Assembly: GCA_019058295.1 (NCBI GenBank)
Contig: JAHPZI010000014.1
Location: forward strand, 32,001 to 96,000
Direction: 5' to 3'
Origin: Promethearchaeota archaeon
Lineage (GTDB): Archaea; Asgardarchaeota; Lokiarchaeia; Sigyniarchaeales; SOKP01
DNA: 64,000 bases
The notes below the pieces were generated by a model that did not search any database, was not told where the DNA came from, and saw only the letters and a list, made by a program, of their open reading frames with translations. Of the stretch, positions 30,699 to 43,458 are shown piece after piece. Both the position numbers and the translations under genes were made by a program. Numbering within the stretch: the first letter of the stretch is position 1; each line of letters begins with the position of its first letter.

Positions 30699-31556
30699 AT
30701 GAGCGAACATTTTGCTTATGTGAATGGAGTTAAAATCTGCTATAAAATCCATGGTAAGGAGAAAAGTTACCCGATAATTTGTGTTCATGGTTTTGGTTCT
30801 AAAAAAGAAACATGGATATGTCAAGTTGGTATGCTTTCTGAGAAATATAAAGTTATCAATTACGATTTGCGTGGTTCAGGAATGTCTGAGCGGCCAAACA
30901 AACCGTTCACTATGGAAATGTTAGCGGATGACCTTGCTGGTCTTATGGATTTCTTAAAAATTGAAAGGGCTCATTTTTTAGGTTTTAGCATGGGCGGGAT
31001 GGTTATACAAAATTTTGTCATAAAATATCCTGAAAGGGTAAATAAAATTGTTTTAATCAACACGAGCGCAGGAATTTTACGGGAAGAGGGAATAGACATG
31101 TTTAAAAATAATCAACTCAGAAGAATCGAATTAATAAAACAAGATGCGGCTAAAGTTTTTTGGCAAGATGTAAAAGCAGGATTTTATATTAGATTTAGGA
31201 AGCAAATGGAGGCTAATCCTAAAAAGAAAATTCACGGTATTTGGTCACCGGAAGATCTCATCGAATATATTAAAACAAATCCTTCTACTCCTAAAGATGT
31301 TGAAAATCAAGCTTACGCAGTTAAGTCTCATAATACCTATGTTAGATTGAATGAAATTAAAAATGAGGTTTTATTGATTTCTGCCTCTCATGATCGACTT
31401 GTTCCTCGAGCTTCCATGCTTGATATTCATAAAAGAATTCATAATAGTATTTTCACGGTAATTGATAAAGCAGGACACGAAGTTCATAGATCAAGAGCCC
31501 CCGAAGTAAACAAAATAATCCTAGATTTTTTGGAAAGTAAAAAATTAAAATCATAA
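30699..31556 (+). CDS. Alpha/beta hydrolase
   Basis: HGFG, DLRGSG, nucleophile elbow GFSMGG, catalytic His in AGH. Confidence 0.92.
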   Translation: MSEHFAYVNGVKICYKIHGKEKSYPIICVHGFGSKKETWICQVGMLSEKYKVINYDLRGSGMSERPNKPFTMEMLADDLAGLMDFLKIERAHFLGFSMGGMVIQNFVIKYPERVNKIVLINTSAGILREEGIDMFKNNQLRRIELIKQDAAKVFWQDVKAGFYIRFRKQMEANPKKKIHGIWSPEDLIEYIKTNPSTPKDVENQAYAVKSHNTYVRLNEIKNEVLLISASHDRLVPRASMLDIHKRIHNSIFTVIDKAGHEVHRSRAPEVNKIILDFLESKKLKS

Positions 31557-31589
31557 ATTTAAAACATCTAAAAGAATTACTGCAATATT

Positions 31590-32423
31590 ATGAGTGAACA
31601 GTTTGCTGAAGTTAATGGAATAAAAATTTGTTATGAAATTCACGGCGATGGACATCCTGTAATTTTCGTTCATGGGTATGGTGCTGTAAAAGAAAATTGG
31701 ATGTGCCAAATTGGAGCAGTATCCGAAAAATTTAAAGTTATTGTATTTGACAATCGGGGTGCGGGTAAGTCAGATCGTCCTAACATACCTTATACCATGG
31801 ATATGTATCTAGAAGATATTAAGGGGTTAATGGACTTTCTGAAGATTGAGAAAACCCATATTGTGGGATGGTCTCTGGGAGGCATGATTGTTCAGAACTT
31901 TATATTAAAATATCCTGAACGAGTTAATAAATTGGTATTAATTAACACTTTTGCAGGCTTTCCTAACGAACAAGGACTTATCATGTATAAGGATGGTCTG
32001 ATTGATGGATATCACGAGATTTTAAAAGACCCAGTTAAAGCATTTTTCGATCACGCCCTTGGATTCACTCGCAAATTCAAGAAAATGATGCAAGAGGATC
32101 CAAAAAGAAAATTCTTTGGTTTATTTTCTGCCGAGGATATAATAAGGATAAACTCAACGAATCCCGCAACTCCTCAAGACATAGAAAATGGCGCAAATGC
32201 TATAAAGGCGCATAACGTTATGGATCGTCTTCATGAAATAAAGAATGAAACTCTCATTTTAACAGCTGATAAAGACAGAATATCACCGAAATATGCAAAT
32301 GAAAAAATCCATGAAGGAATTCCTAACAGTATTTTAAAAGTAATTAATGCCGCTGGACACGATTCTCCTTTTGAAAAAGCTCCAGATGTAAATCAAATGA
32401 TATTAGATTTTTTAAAAGAATAA
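31590..32423 (+). CDS. Alpha/beta hydrolase (tandem paralog)
   Basis: HGYG, DNRGAG, GWSLGG, AGH. Clearly similar to the upstream gene. Confidence 0.92.
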   Translation: MSEQFAEVNGIKICYEIHGDGHPVIFVHGYGAVKENWMCQIGAVSEKFKVIVFDNRGAGKSDRPNIPYTMDMYLEDIKGLMDFLKIEKTHIVGWSLGGMIVQNFILKYPERVNKLVLINTFAGFPNEQGLIMYKDGLIDGYHEILKDPVKAFFDHALGFTRKFKKMMQEDPKRKFFGLFSAEDIIRINSTNPATPQDIENGANAIKAHNVMDRLHEIKNETLILTADKDRISPKYANEKIHEGIPNSILKVINAAGHDSPFEKAPDVNQMILDFLKE

Positions 32424-32523
32424 ATCCTCTTTTTTTCTTAATATTTTTAATTAATAAATGGTAATTTTATATTTCTTATTGAATTTTCCTTAACATTAAA
32501 GCTATATTTATCTAATTAGAATC

Positions 32524-33762
32524 ATGAATGTTAAACATGGAGATAAAGTTAAGTATCCTGAATTAAGACCCCTATGGATCGGGTTATTTGTGGATATCCT
32601 TGGGTTTTATATCATAATTCCTTTCTTGCCAACATTTATAGACGTTTTTAAGACGACACCTTTAGTAATTGGTTTATTATTGGCAACAAATGCAGTTTTT
32701 ACATTAGTATTTGCACCGATATGGGGAAAAATTAGTGATAAAGTAGGGAGAAAACCTATTTTAATAATTTCTCAAATGGGAACTTGTGTAGCATTTTTAA
32801 TATTAGCTTTTTCTAACACCTTATATCTTCTTTTTGTTGCCCGTATTGTTGACGGAATTTTTGGGGGTAATTTTCCATTAGTAAAAGCAATTATAACAGA
32901 CACCGCCCCTCCAAAAGATCGAGGGCTTCAAATGACAAATGTGGGAGTGGTCCATGTACTTGCAGGACTTGTCGGACCGGGGCTAGGAGGCATTTTATCA
33001 ATTCTACGTATTTTAGGTCCTGAATATCCAGTAGCAACTGCAGGATTAGCTGCTGCAGCGCTTTCGTTCACCACAATCATGATTACAATTTTTTTTGTGA
33101 AGGAATCATGGCCTAAAGAGAGACGTTTAGATGCTGAGAAGCAAATTAAGATTAAATTAAAGTTAAGAAAAAATAAAGATGCATCCTATCTTCTAACCCA
33201 ATATGCATTTCATACTTTTTCTTTTACAATGTACATAACTACGCTGACAATTTTTATTGGACTTGTACTCGGTCTTGGTGCATTAGAAATTGGAATTTTG
33301 TTAACAATCTCAGGCATTTTTCGAGCGATAGTTAGATTTACTTTATTTAAACTTACTCTCAAGTTATTAGGAGAGAAACGAATGACACAACTAGGATTAT
33401 TCATTATTGTAGTAACTTTTTTCCTTGTTGGATTTGTAAGAGATGTCTGGACATTTCTTATATTAATGCTCATTATAAGTTATGGCGTTTCATGTTCAAG
33501 AGGATTATTAATAAGTAAAGTAACCCAATCTGTGGAGCCGAATGAGGTAGGAAAAATAAATGGTTATACCACCACCTTAGATAGTCTTGCCCAAGTTGCA
33601 GGACCAATAATAGGGACCCTTATTCTTACTCTTTATGATCCTGCTTGGTTAGGTGTAAGCATGGGATTATTAGCTGTAGTTGCATTTTTTATGGCTTTCA
33701 AAAAGATTATGCCTCTCCATCTCAAAAATCAGCCACTAGGAAAAGGAGAAACAAATGGTTGA
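32524..33762 (+). CDS. MFS transporter (TetA/DHA1-like)
   Basis: Motif A WGKISDKVGRKP, ARIVDGIFGG, about 12 TM helices. Confidence 0.92.
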   Translation: MNVKHGDKVKYPELRPLWIGLFVDILGFYIIIPFLPTFIDVFKTTPLVIGLLLATNAVFTLVFAPIWGKISDKVGRKPILIISQMGTCVAFLILAFSNTLYLLFVARIVDGIFGGNFPLVKAIITDTAPPKDRGLQMTNVGVVHVLAGLVGPGLGGILSILRILGPEYPVATAGLAAAALSFTTIMITIFFVKESWPKERRLDAEKQIKIKLKLRKNKDASYLLTQYAFHTFSFTMYITTLTIFIGLVLGLGALEIGILLTISGIFRAIVRFTLFKLTLKLLGEKRMTQLGLFIIVVTFFLVGFVRDVWTFLILMLIISYGVSCSRGLLISKVTQSVEPNEVGKINGYTTTLDSLAQVAGPIIGTLILTLYDPAWLGVSMGLLAVVAFFMAFKKIMPLHLKNQPLGKGETNG

Positions 33763-33786
33763 TGATTAATAATTTTAATACTTCTC

Positions 33787-34605
33787 TTAAAAATTGAAAA
33801 TTTCTTTTAACTTATTAAACTCTTCTTCTTGAGCAATTTCTTGTTCATTCTTCTGATAATCTTCATCATCACTCAACCATTTAATTTCTCTTAATTTAGT
33901 ATCAACGCATAAACCTAAATCAGAAATAAAATAATTCTTAGCAGGGGAATACTCCTTAAAAAAACCTTTATTCTTAAGAATTTTAAATAAATTCCATCCT
34001 TTTCCTTCAGCACATTCATTTAAATAATTTAATATCTTTTTATGAATAATGCCTTCCTTATCTTCTGTTCTTTTATTAAATATAATATCTTTATCATTTC
34101 GAATAAAAAATAAGAATTTGTAAAAAGGATCTTTCTTCATTTCTTCTTGTAACCGCCCAATTACATTATTAAAATTTTCTTTCTCCATTTCCATTTCATC
34201 AAGATCCTTTATCGCGTTTCGAGCAAAAACAAGTACCTCCTGAAGTTTCTGGTCATAATCCTCGCAATCCATATCTGGGACACTCTCTTCAGTAATTTTA
34301 ATTAATTCGTCTTTCTTTCTTTTTCTTCTCCAAATCTCAGATTTTAAAAAATCAATTTTTTCTTGATATTTTTGATAAAAAAAGTTCTCGAATTTATCAA
34401 GATGGAACTCGTAACTTTTAACAGGTTTTAAATCGATAATCAATTTTTTATTTAATAAAGATTTTATTTCTGGATATTTCTTTTGAATTACACTTAAGAA
34501 TATTGGTGTCTTAATTGTTGATTTACAAAAATAACTGATTAAATCAAGGTTTTTAATGTTTTGTTTTATAATTTTTATTGCTTTGCGCTTAACCGATTCT
34601 TCCAT
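33787..34605 (-). CDS. Hypothetical protein (coiled-coil, possible C-terminal winged helix)
   Basis: 272-aa K/E-rich ORF with no recognised motif. Confidence 0.55.
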   Translation of the reverse strand: MEESVKRKAIKIIKQNIKNLDLISYFCKSTIKTPIFLSVIQKKYPEIKSLLNKKLIIDLKPVKSYEFHLDKFENFFYQKYQEKIDFLKSEIWRRKRKKDELIKITEESVPDMDCEDYDQKLQEVLVFARNAIKDLDEMEMEKENFNNVIGRLQEEMKKDPFYKFLFFIRNDKDIIFNKRTEDKEGIIHKKILNYLNECAEGKGWNLFKILKNKGFFKEYSPAKNYFISDLGLCVDTKLREIKWLSDDEDYQKNEQEIAQEEEFNKLKEIFNF

Positions 34606-34842
34606 GATTTAATGCACTGAAAAATGAATATAAAAATAGTATCAATTAAAATATAAAATGTTTCCTTTTCATCAGAAATTATGATATCATAAATCTTTAT
34701 CTGTTTAGTATCGTCAAAACAAGGAAAGATAGTGCTTTTTTCTGGAGTTTAGGTAAACTAATTATCGTTTTAAAACATTCACTTTGAAGAAGACTCTTAT
34801 TCTTTTTGGTAAAAAATTATTAATTTTAATGAATATTTATAA

Positions 34843-38001
<3,159 letters not shown>

Positions 38002-38079
38002 CCTACTTGCTAAGGTATTTTTAAGATACAAAAACATTGAATCAAAGGAATTTTAAAGTTTATTATACCTTATAATTGT

Positions 38080-38856
38080 ATGGAAAATAATGAAAAAAAA
38101 CAACAAACAGTTGAACTTCCCGCGTTAGATTTCTTTAAAATTAATTTTTTAAGTTTTTTAGTTCCTTTATATGTGTGTTTAGGATTGTTTTTATTGTTTG
38201 AGTATTGTTTTATAATTCCTTTTTCAATTCCATTAATTATACATTTGCTTCTATTACCTGGTTTTTTTCTTTTTTTATACTATGTATATCTAATAATATT
38301 AATCGAATTTACCGCTTTTTGGGCTAGAAAATGGAGTAAAAAATCTCCTCCCGTACAGGGGGTATTTAAACGAGTTCTTGATGATGTTAATAGTGAAGAG
38401 GGCAGAATGATTAAATATTATCATAAACGGGGCTTCATTATTAAATACCCGATGTGGTTAACTTCCAAATCTCCCTTTCCTTGGTTAATTAACAGAACCC
38501 TTCGAAGAATTGGGCATAATAAAATTGGAAAAAATGTAATTTATTGCGATAGTTATGTAGGTTTAGAATTCACGGATTTAGGCGAAAACGTGTTTATTTA
38601 TCCTACTACGTCACTATCAAGTCATGCGGTTAATACAATTTTTGGCAAAATAAGTATGTTAGAGATCAAATTAAGTAAGAATACTACATTATATCCAGGC
38701 ATAATCGCTGGTCCTGGTGTATTAACCACTGAAAATAACGTAATTTTTCCAAATACGGTACTCCATAAAAATTGGAGAGGTAAACAAGGAAAACGTTATT
38801 ATCAAGGAAGCCCTGGTCGGCCTATAGAAATAAATTACTTAGAAAAAGAGAATTAA
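38080..38856 (+). CDS. Membrane protein with left-handed beta-helix (acyltransferase-like) domain
   Basis: Two TM helices, then hexapeptide-like repeats (IGKNV, LGENV) and a C-terminal GSPG. Confidence 0.6.
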   Translation: MENNEKKQQTVELPALDFFKINFLSFLVPLYVCLGLFLLFEYCFIIPFSIPLIIHLLLLPGFFLFLYYVYLIILIEFTAFWARKWSKKSPPVQGVFKRVLDDVNSEEGRMIKYYHKRGFIIKYPMWLTSKSPFPWLINRTLRRIGHNKIGKNVIYCDSYVGLEFTDLGENVFIYPTTSLSSHAVNTIFGKISMLEIKLSKNTTLYPGIIAGPGVLTTENNVIFPNTVLHKNWRGKQGKRYYQGSPGRPIEINYLEKEN

Positions 38857-40337
38857 GTTTTAGGAAATTTTCCATGGTTTTGGAGGAATTCTCTATATGT
38901 ATTCATTTTATCCAAAACTTCCCCAGCTAATTCGATTTTCTCGAATACGGGAACATTTCGATTTAAGAGTTTAAGTTTAAACTTATACCGGCTCTTGTAT
39001 TCTTCAAAACCCTCATTAATTTTTAACATTACACAAAACATTGGTTTAGTACTTACACTTTTAGCTTTAGATATATATCTTATAAATGTTTTATTTAGAT
39101 CCAATCCTTTAAAGCCCATCTCATCCAACTGAGCTGAGAAATTTCCAAACCTTTCAGGATCCTTTATGAAAACGATAGCAGAAATATTCGGGTCTCTATC
39201 TAATGAGAGTAGGCATCTATAATAAACATCAGGTCTAATTCCCATACCTCCAAGGTCTATAGGATTAGCAACATTTGTATTAACATCTGGAAGAAATCTC
39301 TTCATTTTTTTTATGGTTTTTTCTGTTAATGAACCTATTTTTAGATTATAATTCTCGAGAATATCTACTGCTTCTATTGTCGAACCACCACCTATTCCAA
39401 TTACTCCAACATTACGTGTTTCTGGCAGATGAGTTAGTTTAAAAGCACTCGCTAAAGCTGCTAAAACTGTCGAATTAGTTACCAAAGAGCATCCTGTTTG
39501 TTTAGCAACAGCTTTCCAAATTTCGTTGTTCCCAGCTAAGCCTCCTGTATGAGATAAAATTGCTTTTTTAGTTGCCTCACCATATCCTGCTCTCCACAAT
39601 ATCACTGGTTTCCTATTTAAATTGCATTTTTTTACAATATCTATAAATTTACGACCTTGTTCGATAGAGCGCAAATTTTCAAGATATAAACCAATAATTT
39701 TTGTATAATCATCTGATAAAAAATATTCAAGAAATTCTGGAGGCCCTAAATCTAAAGTATTTCCGATTGAAATAAATTTTGAGATAAAAACCCCGTAAGA
39801 AACCGCAAGCTGAGCTATATTTTGAGAGTTTCCCCCAGACTGAAAGATTCCACCAAAATTTCCAGCTTTTCGAGATTGATCATAAGCAAAATAAAGATTT
39901 GAACTAGGGTTATAAACACCGATACAATTTGGACCAATAATCCGGATATTGTATTTTTTTGCAACTTGTAGCGTTTCTTTTTCGAGGGTTTCATTTCCTA
40001 CCTCACGAAATCCAGAAGCAAAAATTGTAACAAATGGAACTTTTTTTTGACCAATTTCTTCCAGTAATTTTGGACAGATTTTTGCCTTTACTGCCAATAT
40101 CACATAATCTATTGGTTCTGAAATCTCCAAAATTGAACTATACACTTTATATCCATAGAGTTCCTTACCGCTCATTCGAGGATTAAACAAATACAAGGGA
40201 CCTCGAAATTTATCCATCAAGCATCTTACAAAAAATCCACCACCTGCTGGATCGTAGCTTGCTCCAATAATTCCTATAGCCCGTGGTGAAAAAAGGCGCT
40301 CAAAATTTATCCCATTAGAGTCACTTGAATTGGACAT
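38853..40337 (-). CDS. Acyl-CoA synthetase (NDP-forming) alpha-type subunit
   Basis: LFSPRAIGIIGAS, GPNCIG, QSGG, phospho-His motif SHTG, NPIDL. Confidence 0.9.
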   Translation of the reverse strand: MSNSSDSNGINFERLFSPRAIGIIGASYDPAGGGFFVRCLMDKFRGPLYLFNPRMSGKELYGYKVYSSILEISEPIDYVILAVKAKICPKLLEEIGQKKVPFVTIFASGFREVGNETLEKETLQVAKKYNIRIIGPNCIGVYNPSSNLYFAYDQSRKAGNFGGIFQSGGNSQNIAQLAVSYGVFISKFISIGNTLDLGPPEFLEYFLSDDYTKIIGLYLENLRSIEQGRKFIDIVKKCNLNRKPVILWRAGYGEATKKAILSHTGGLAGNNEIWKAVAKQTGCSLVTNSTVLAALASAFKLTHLPETRNVGVIGIGGGSTIEAVDILENYNLKIGSLTEKTIKKMKRFLPDVNTNVANPIDLGGMGIRPDVYYRCLLSLDRDPNISAIVFIKDPERFGNFSAQLDEMGFKGLDLNKTFIRYISKAKSVSTKPMFCVMLKINEGFEEYKSRYKFKLKLLNRNVPVFEKIELAGEVLDKMNTYREFLQNHGKFPKT

Positions 40338-40460
40338 AATTTAATCTCTTTACTATTAATTTCTTGTATAAAATTGATATTGAAAAATTACTAAAATATT
40401 TTATTGTAGAGTTTAGAACACTATAGTTTGTTTATTCTAAAATTCAATGATTTAGATATA

Positions 40461-41186
40461 TTACATTTTCTCTAATAATTCTTTTGCTTTTAAAATATCA
40501 TCCGTTATAAGCCCATCAACACCCATCCTAACAAACTTTTTCATCGCAGCTCTACTATTTACAGTCCAAATATTTATTTTTAAATTGTTTTCATGAGCAA
40601 AATCTACGAATTTTTGATTTACCAGATTATATAGAGGATGAACTGCATAGCAACTGTGCCTAATAGCATTATTAATGATCCCTCCGAGGTAGGACCACTC
40701 TTTTGAGATCTTAGTTGTAATGGGCTCGAGCGTCGCTACTTTTAGGTTGGGCTCAATTTTCTTAATTTTTAGAAGTTCTTCATGCAAAAAAGAAGAAATT
40801 AAAGTAGATTCTATTAAATTCTCACTCTTCAGAAGAGATACAAGAGAATCCGCAAGACTTTTTGCTTTGATTTCGATTTGTAATCCTATTTTTCCTTTCG
40901 CAAGTTCAATTACTTCTCGTAAGGTAGGAATTTTTTCACCTTCACCACAATCCAATTTATTTAATTCGTTTAGCGTCATTCGTTTTATTGTTCCTCTATG
41001 ACCAGTTGTAGCGAAAGTGCTTGAATCGTGCATTATAACAATTTCATAATCTTTAGTTCTATGAACATCAAATTCTATGTAATCAGCACCTAATTCGATT
41101 GCTTTCTTAAAAGATTTCAACGTATTTTCTGGAGCAATATTGTTTGCCCCTCGGTGTCCTATAATTATTACTTTTTTATCATTCAA
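40461..41186 (-). CDS. Glycerophosphodiester phosphodiesterase
   Basis: GHRG, PENT, EFDV, HD, EIK, WTVN, GLITD. Confidence 0.93.
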   Translation of the reverse strand: MNDKKVIIIGHRGANNIAPENTLKSFKKAIELGADYIEFDVHRTKDYEIVIMHDSSTFATTGHRGTIKRMTLNELNKLDCGEGEKIPTLREVIELAKGKIGLQIEIKAKSLADSLVSLLKSENLIESTLISSFLHEELLKIKKIEPNLKVATLEPITTKISKEWSYLGGIINNAIRHSCYAVHPLYNLVNQKFVDFAHENNLKINIWTVNSRAAMKKFVRMGVDGLITDDILKAKELLEKM

Positions 41187-41502
41187 AATCTTTACCTAAA
41201 GGTCAATTTGGTTAAAAATAACGATTCTTTTTTTAATTAAACGAATATTTGAGTAAAATAGAATTAAATATTAAGTTGTTAACAATATCTTATAAATCTT
41301 TATATAGTTTCACTTTAATTTAATAAGATTTTTCATTGTTGATTATTAATTATTTGTAACATCAGATTTATATATCCGAATGAGTCATAATATAATAAAA
41401 TTTGAATAAATTTATATAGGCAATATTATTTTATAATAAAGTTAATAAAAAAAATCAATAATAAAAACGAAACACTTAAATTAGATTATTTTTGAAGAAA
41501 AG

Positions 41503-41769
41503 GTGATCTTGAAAAACATGAGGTTCTGTGAATCTTGTGGAAATATGTTGATCCCTAAGAAGGGTAAACTTTACTGTAAAGCGTGCGATGAGGAATTTGA
41601 GATAGGCGAGTCTCGAGAGGAATATAAGATTATTAAAACGATTAGGCATGATGATAAAGAGGTTGCTCCAATTATTATTAAAGAGGGTATTAAAGGGGAC
41701 AGAATTTCTGACCAAGATCGCAAAGCATTCGAAGAATATTTTAGTGGAGGAGAAGAGTCAGGCTATTAG
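41503..41769 (+). CDS. RpoM/TFS-like protein retaining only the N-terminal Zn ribbon
   Basis: MRFCESCGNMLIP...LYCKAC matches the TFS/RPB9-type N-ribbon. Likely start is ATG 41518 after AGGTGA. Confidence 0.7.
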   Translation: MILKNMRFCESCGNMLIPKKGKLYCKACDEEFEIGESREEYKIIKTIRHDDKEVAPIIIKEGIKGDRISDQDRKAFEEYFSGGEESGY

Positions 41770-41807
41770 TTTTAGCTTCTTTTGTATTGATAAAGAAGGT
41801 TTTATTC

Positions 41808-42242
41808 TCAATCATGTTTTTTAAATATTTGCACTAAATTAGACAATTCTTGGTTTAATCCTTCGTCGTCTTTATCTTTTAATGATTGTAAAATTGCCTC
41901 TTTATCATTTTGAGAGATATCCTCCAAATTATCGAGAAATTCTCGTAAAAAAATTATTTTTTTCATAGGATTATTTCGAATTTTTAATATTGTTGCCTCA
42001 ATAAAATTATTGTTTAGTATTTCTTCTTTTTTTTCTTTAACTACCTGTACATCTCTAAAATCAACATTTAATCCTTGAAAGAGTTTGCTATTTTTAATGA
42101 TATTAAAAGAGATTTCTTTAAGTAAATTAGTTCTTGAATAAATATTCAGATTTGAAACGTAGTTTTCAAATTCTAAATTCTTTCTTTCAATTCCTTTAAT
42201 CATTGAAAGAACTTTACCTAATTTTCCAATTTCTTCTTCCAT
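41808..42242 (-). CDS. Hypothetical protein
   Basis: 144-aa ORF. Confidence 0.55.
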   Translation of the reverse strand: MEEEIGKLGKVLSMIKGIERKNLEFENYVSNLNIYSRTNLLKEISFNIIKNSKLFQGLNVDFRDVQVVKEKKEEILNNNFIEATILKIRNNPMKKIIFLREFLDNLEDISQNDKEAILQSLKDKDDEGLNQELSNLVQIFKKHD

Positions 42243-42306
42243 TATATATTAATATAGAAATGTCTAAATTTTTAAATTTATCTGAAAATAATAGTAAATT
42301 AGAAAG

Positions 42307-43035
42307 ATGCTAAAAAATGAAAATAATAAATTAAAAGAGTTGCAAGAATTTCTTGAATATAAATTTAAGAACGAGGATTTATTAAGGAATGCATTAACTA
42401 CACCTCAATTGGGTAAACAATTAGATCTTCTTGATTATAACGCTTTAGAGCTCCTTGGAGATGCTTGCATTAAATTAATTTTTATTTCAAAGAAAATAAA
42501 AGAGGGGCTAATAGACCCTGGCGAAATTACAATAACTAAGCAGTGTTTAGAAAACGATGAGACTTTAAGCAAAATTTCTAACGACTATTTTAAAATAAAG
42601 AACTTCATTTTAAAATCAGAAAAACAAGTAATTGAAGGGACAAGGATTCTAGCGGATGTCTTTGAAGCAATCTGTGGTGCAATTTTTCTCGATTCAGATT
42701 CAAATCTTCAATTAGTTGAAGAGAAAGTAATTAATCGGTTTTATAATGATTGGGATGTTATCATAAATGAGACGTCAATTCTGAACAAGAGCAAGTTATT
42801 GGAGCATATACAAAAAAGATATAGAATCACTCCAGTAATAAAAACAGAATTCCTTAACAAAGGTCCCGATCACGCTCCAAAATGGATTGCCAAAAATCCC
42901 AAAATCTTAGATCGCAATAATAAAATTTTAATTCCTTTAAAAAAGAACATAAAGTCAGAAGAATGTAAAAGCAAGAAAGAAGCTGAGCAGGATCTATATT
43001 TAAAAATTTTGAATTATTTAAAAAAAAAGAAGTGA
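42307..43035 (+). CDS. rnc: Ribonuclease III with C-terminal dsRBD-like domain
   Basis: LELLGDA signature, LADVFEAICGAIFLDS, KSKLLEHIQ...GPDHAP...SKKEAEQ. Confidence 0.85.
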   Translation: MLKNENNKLKELQEFLEYKFKNEDLLRNALTTPQLGKQLDLLDYNALELLGDACIKLIFISKKIKEGLIDPGEITITKQCLENDETLSKISNDYFKIKNFILKSEKQVIEGTRILADVFEAICGAIFLDSDSNLQLVEEKVINRFYNDWDVIINETSILNKSKLLEHIQKRYRITPVIKTEFLNKGPDHAPKWIAKNPKILDRNNKILIPLKKNIKSEECKSKKEAEQDLYLKILNYLKKKK

Positions 43036-43084
43036 TATTTTCTATTAGTCTCTATTTTTAAACGATAAGGTATATAGATTATTT

Positions 43085-43438
43085 ATGGATAACGAAGATA
43101 CTGAAACATTAAAACATTATAGATGCCCGATTTGTAATAGTACACATAGAATAAAGTTGAATAAAGATCTATTAAAAGGGCGGACGAAGTTTCCATTTCC
43201 ATATGTTATACTTCACGATTCCATTAACGATAATGAGGTTAAAGAACTCTTAACAATTTTATATATTGATAATAATCTACAAATACGTCATGCAGAGGTT
43301 CAAGAACTTAAGAACGATAACATCTTTTCTAAAGATCAAGTTGTAGCAATGACAAAAACTTTATTTGAGGAGAACGAGAGATTAAGACAAGATGTTATTA
43401 GATTAACAGATGAAGTTAATAAACTGAAGCAAAAATAG
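43085..43438 (+). CDS. Hypothetical Zn-ribbon-like protein with C-terminal coiled coil
   Basis: CPIC...LYIDNNLQIR, the same pattern as the gene at 63304. Confidence 0.65.
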   Translation: MDNEDTETLKHYRCPICNSTHRIKLNKDLLKGRTKFPFPYVILHDSINDNEVKELLTILYIDNNLQIRHAEVQELKNDNIFSKDQVVAMTKTLFEENERLRQDVIRLTDEVNKLKQK

Positions 43439-43458
43439 GCAACTTGAACTCTTTTTTT

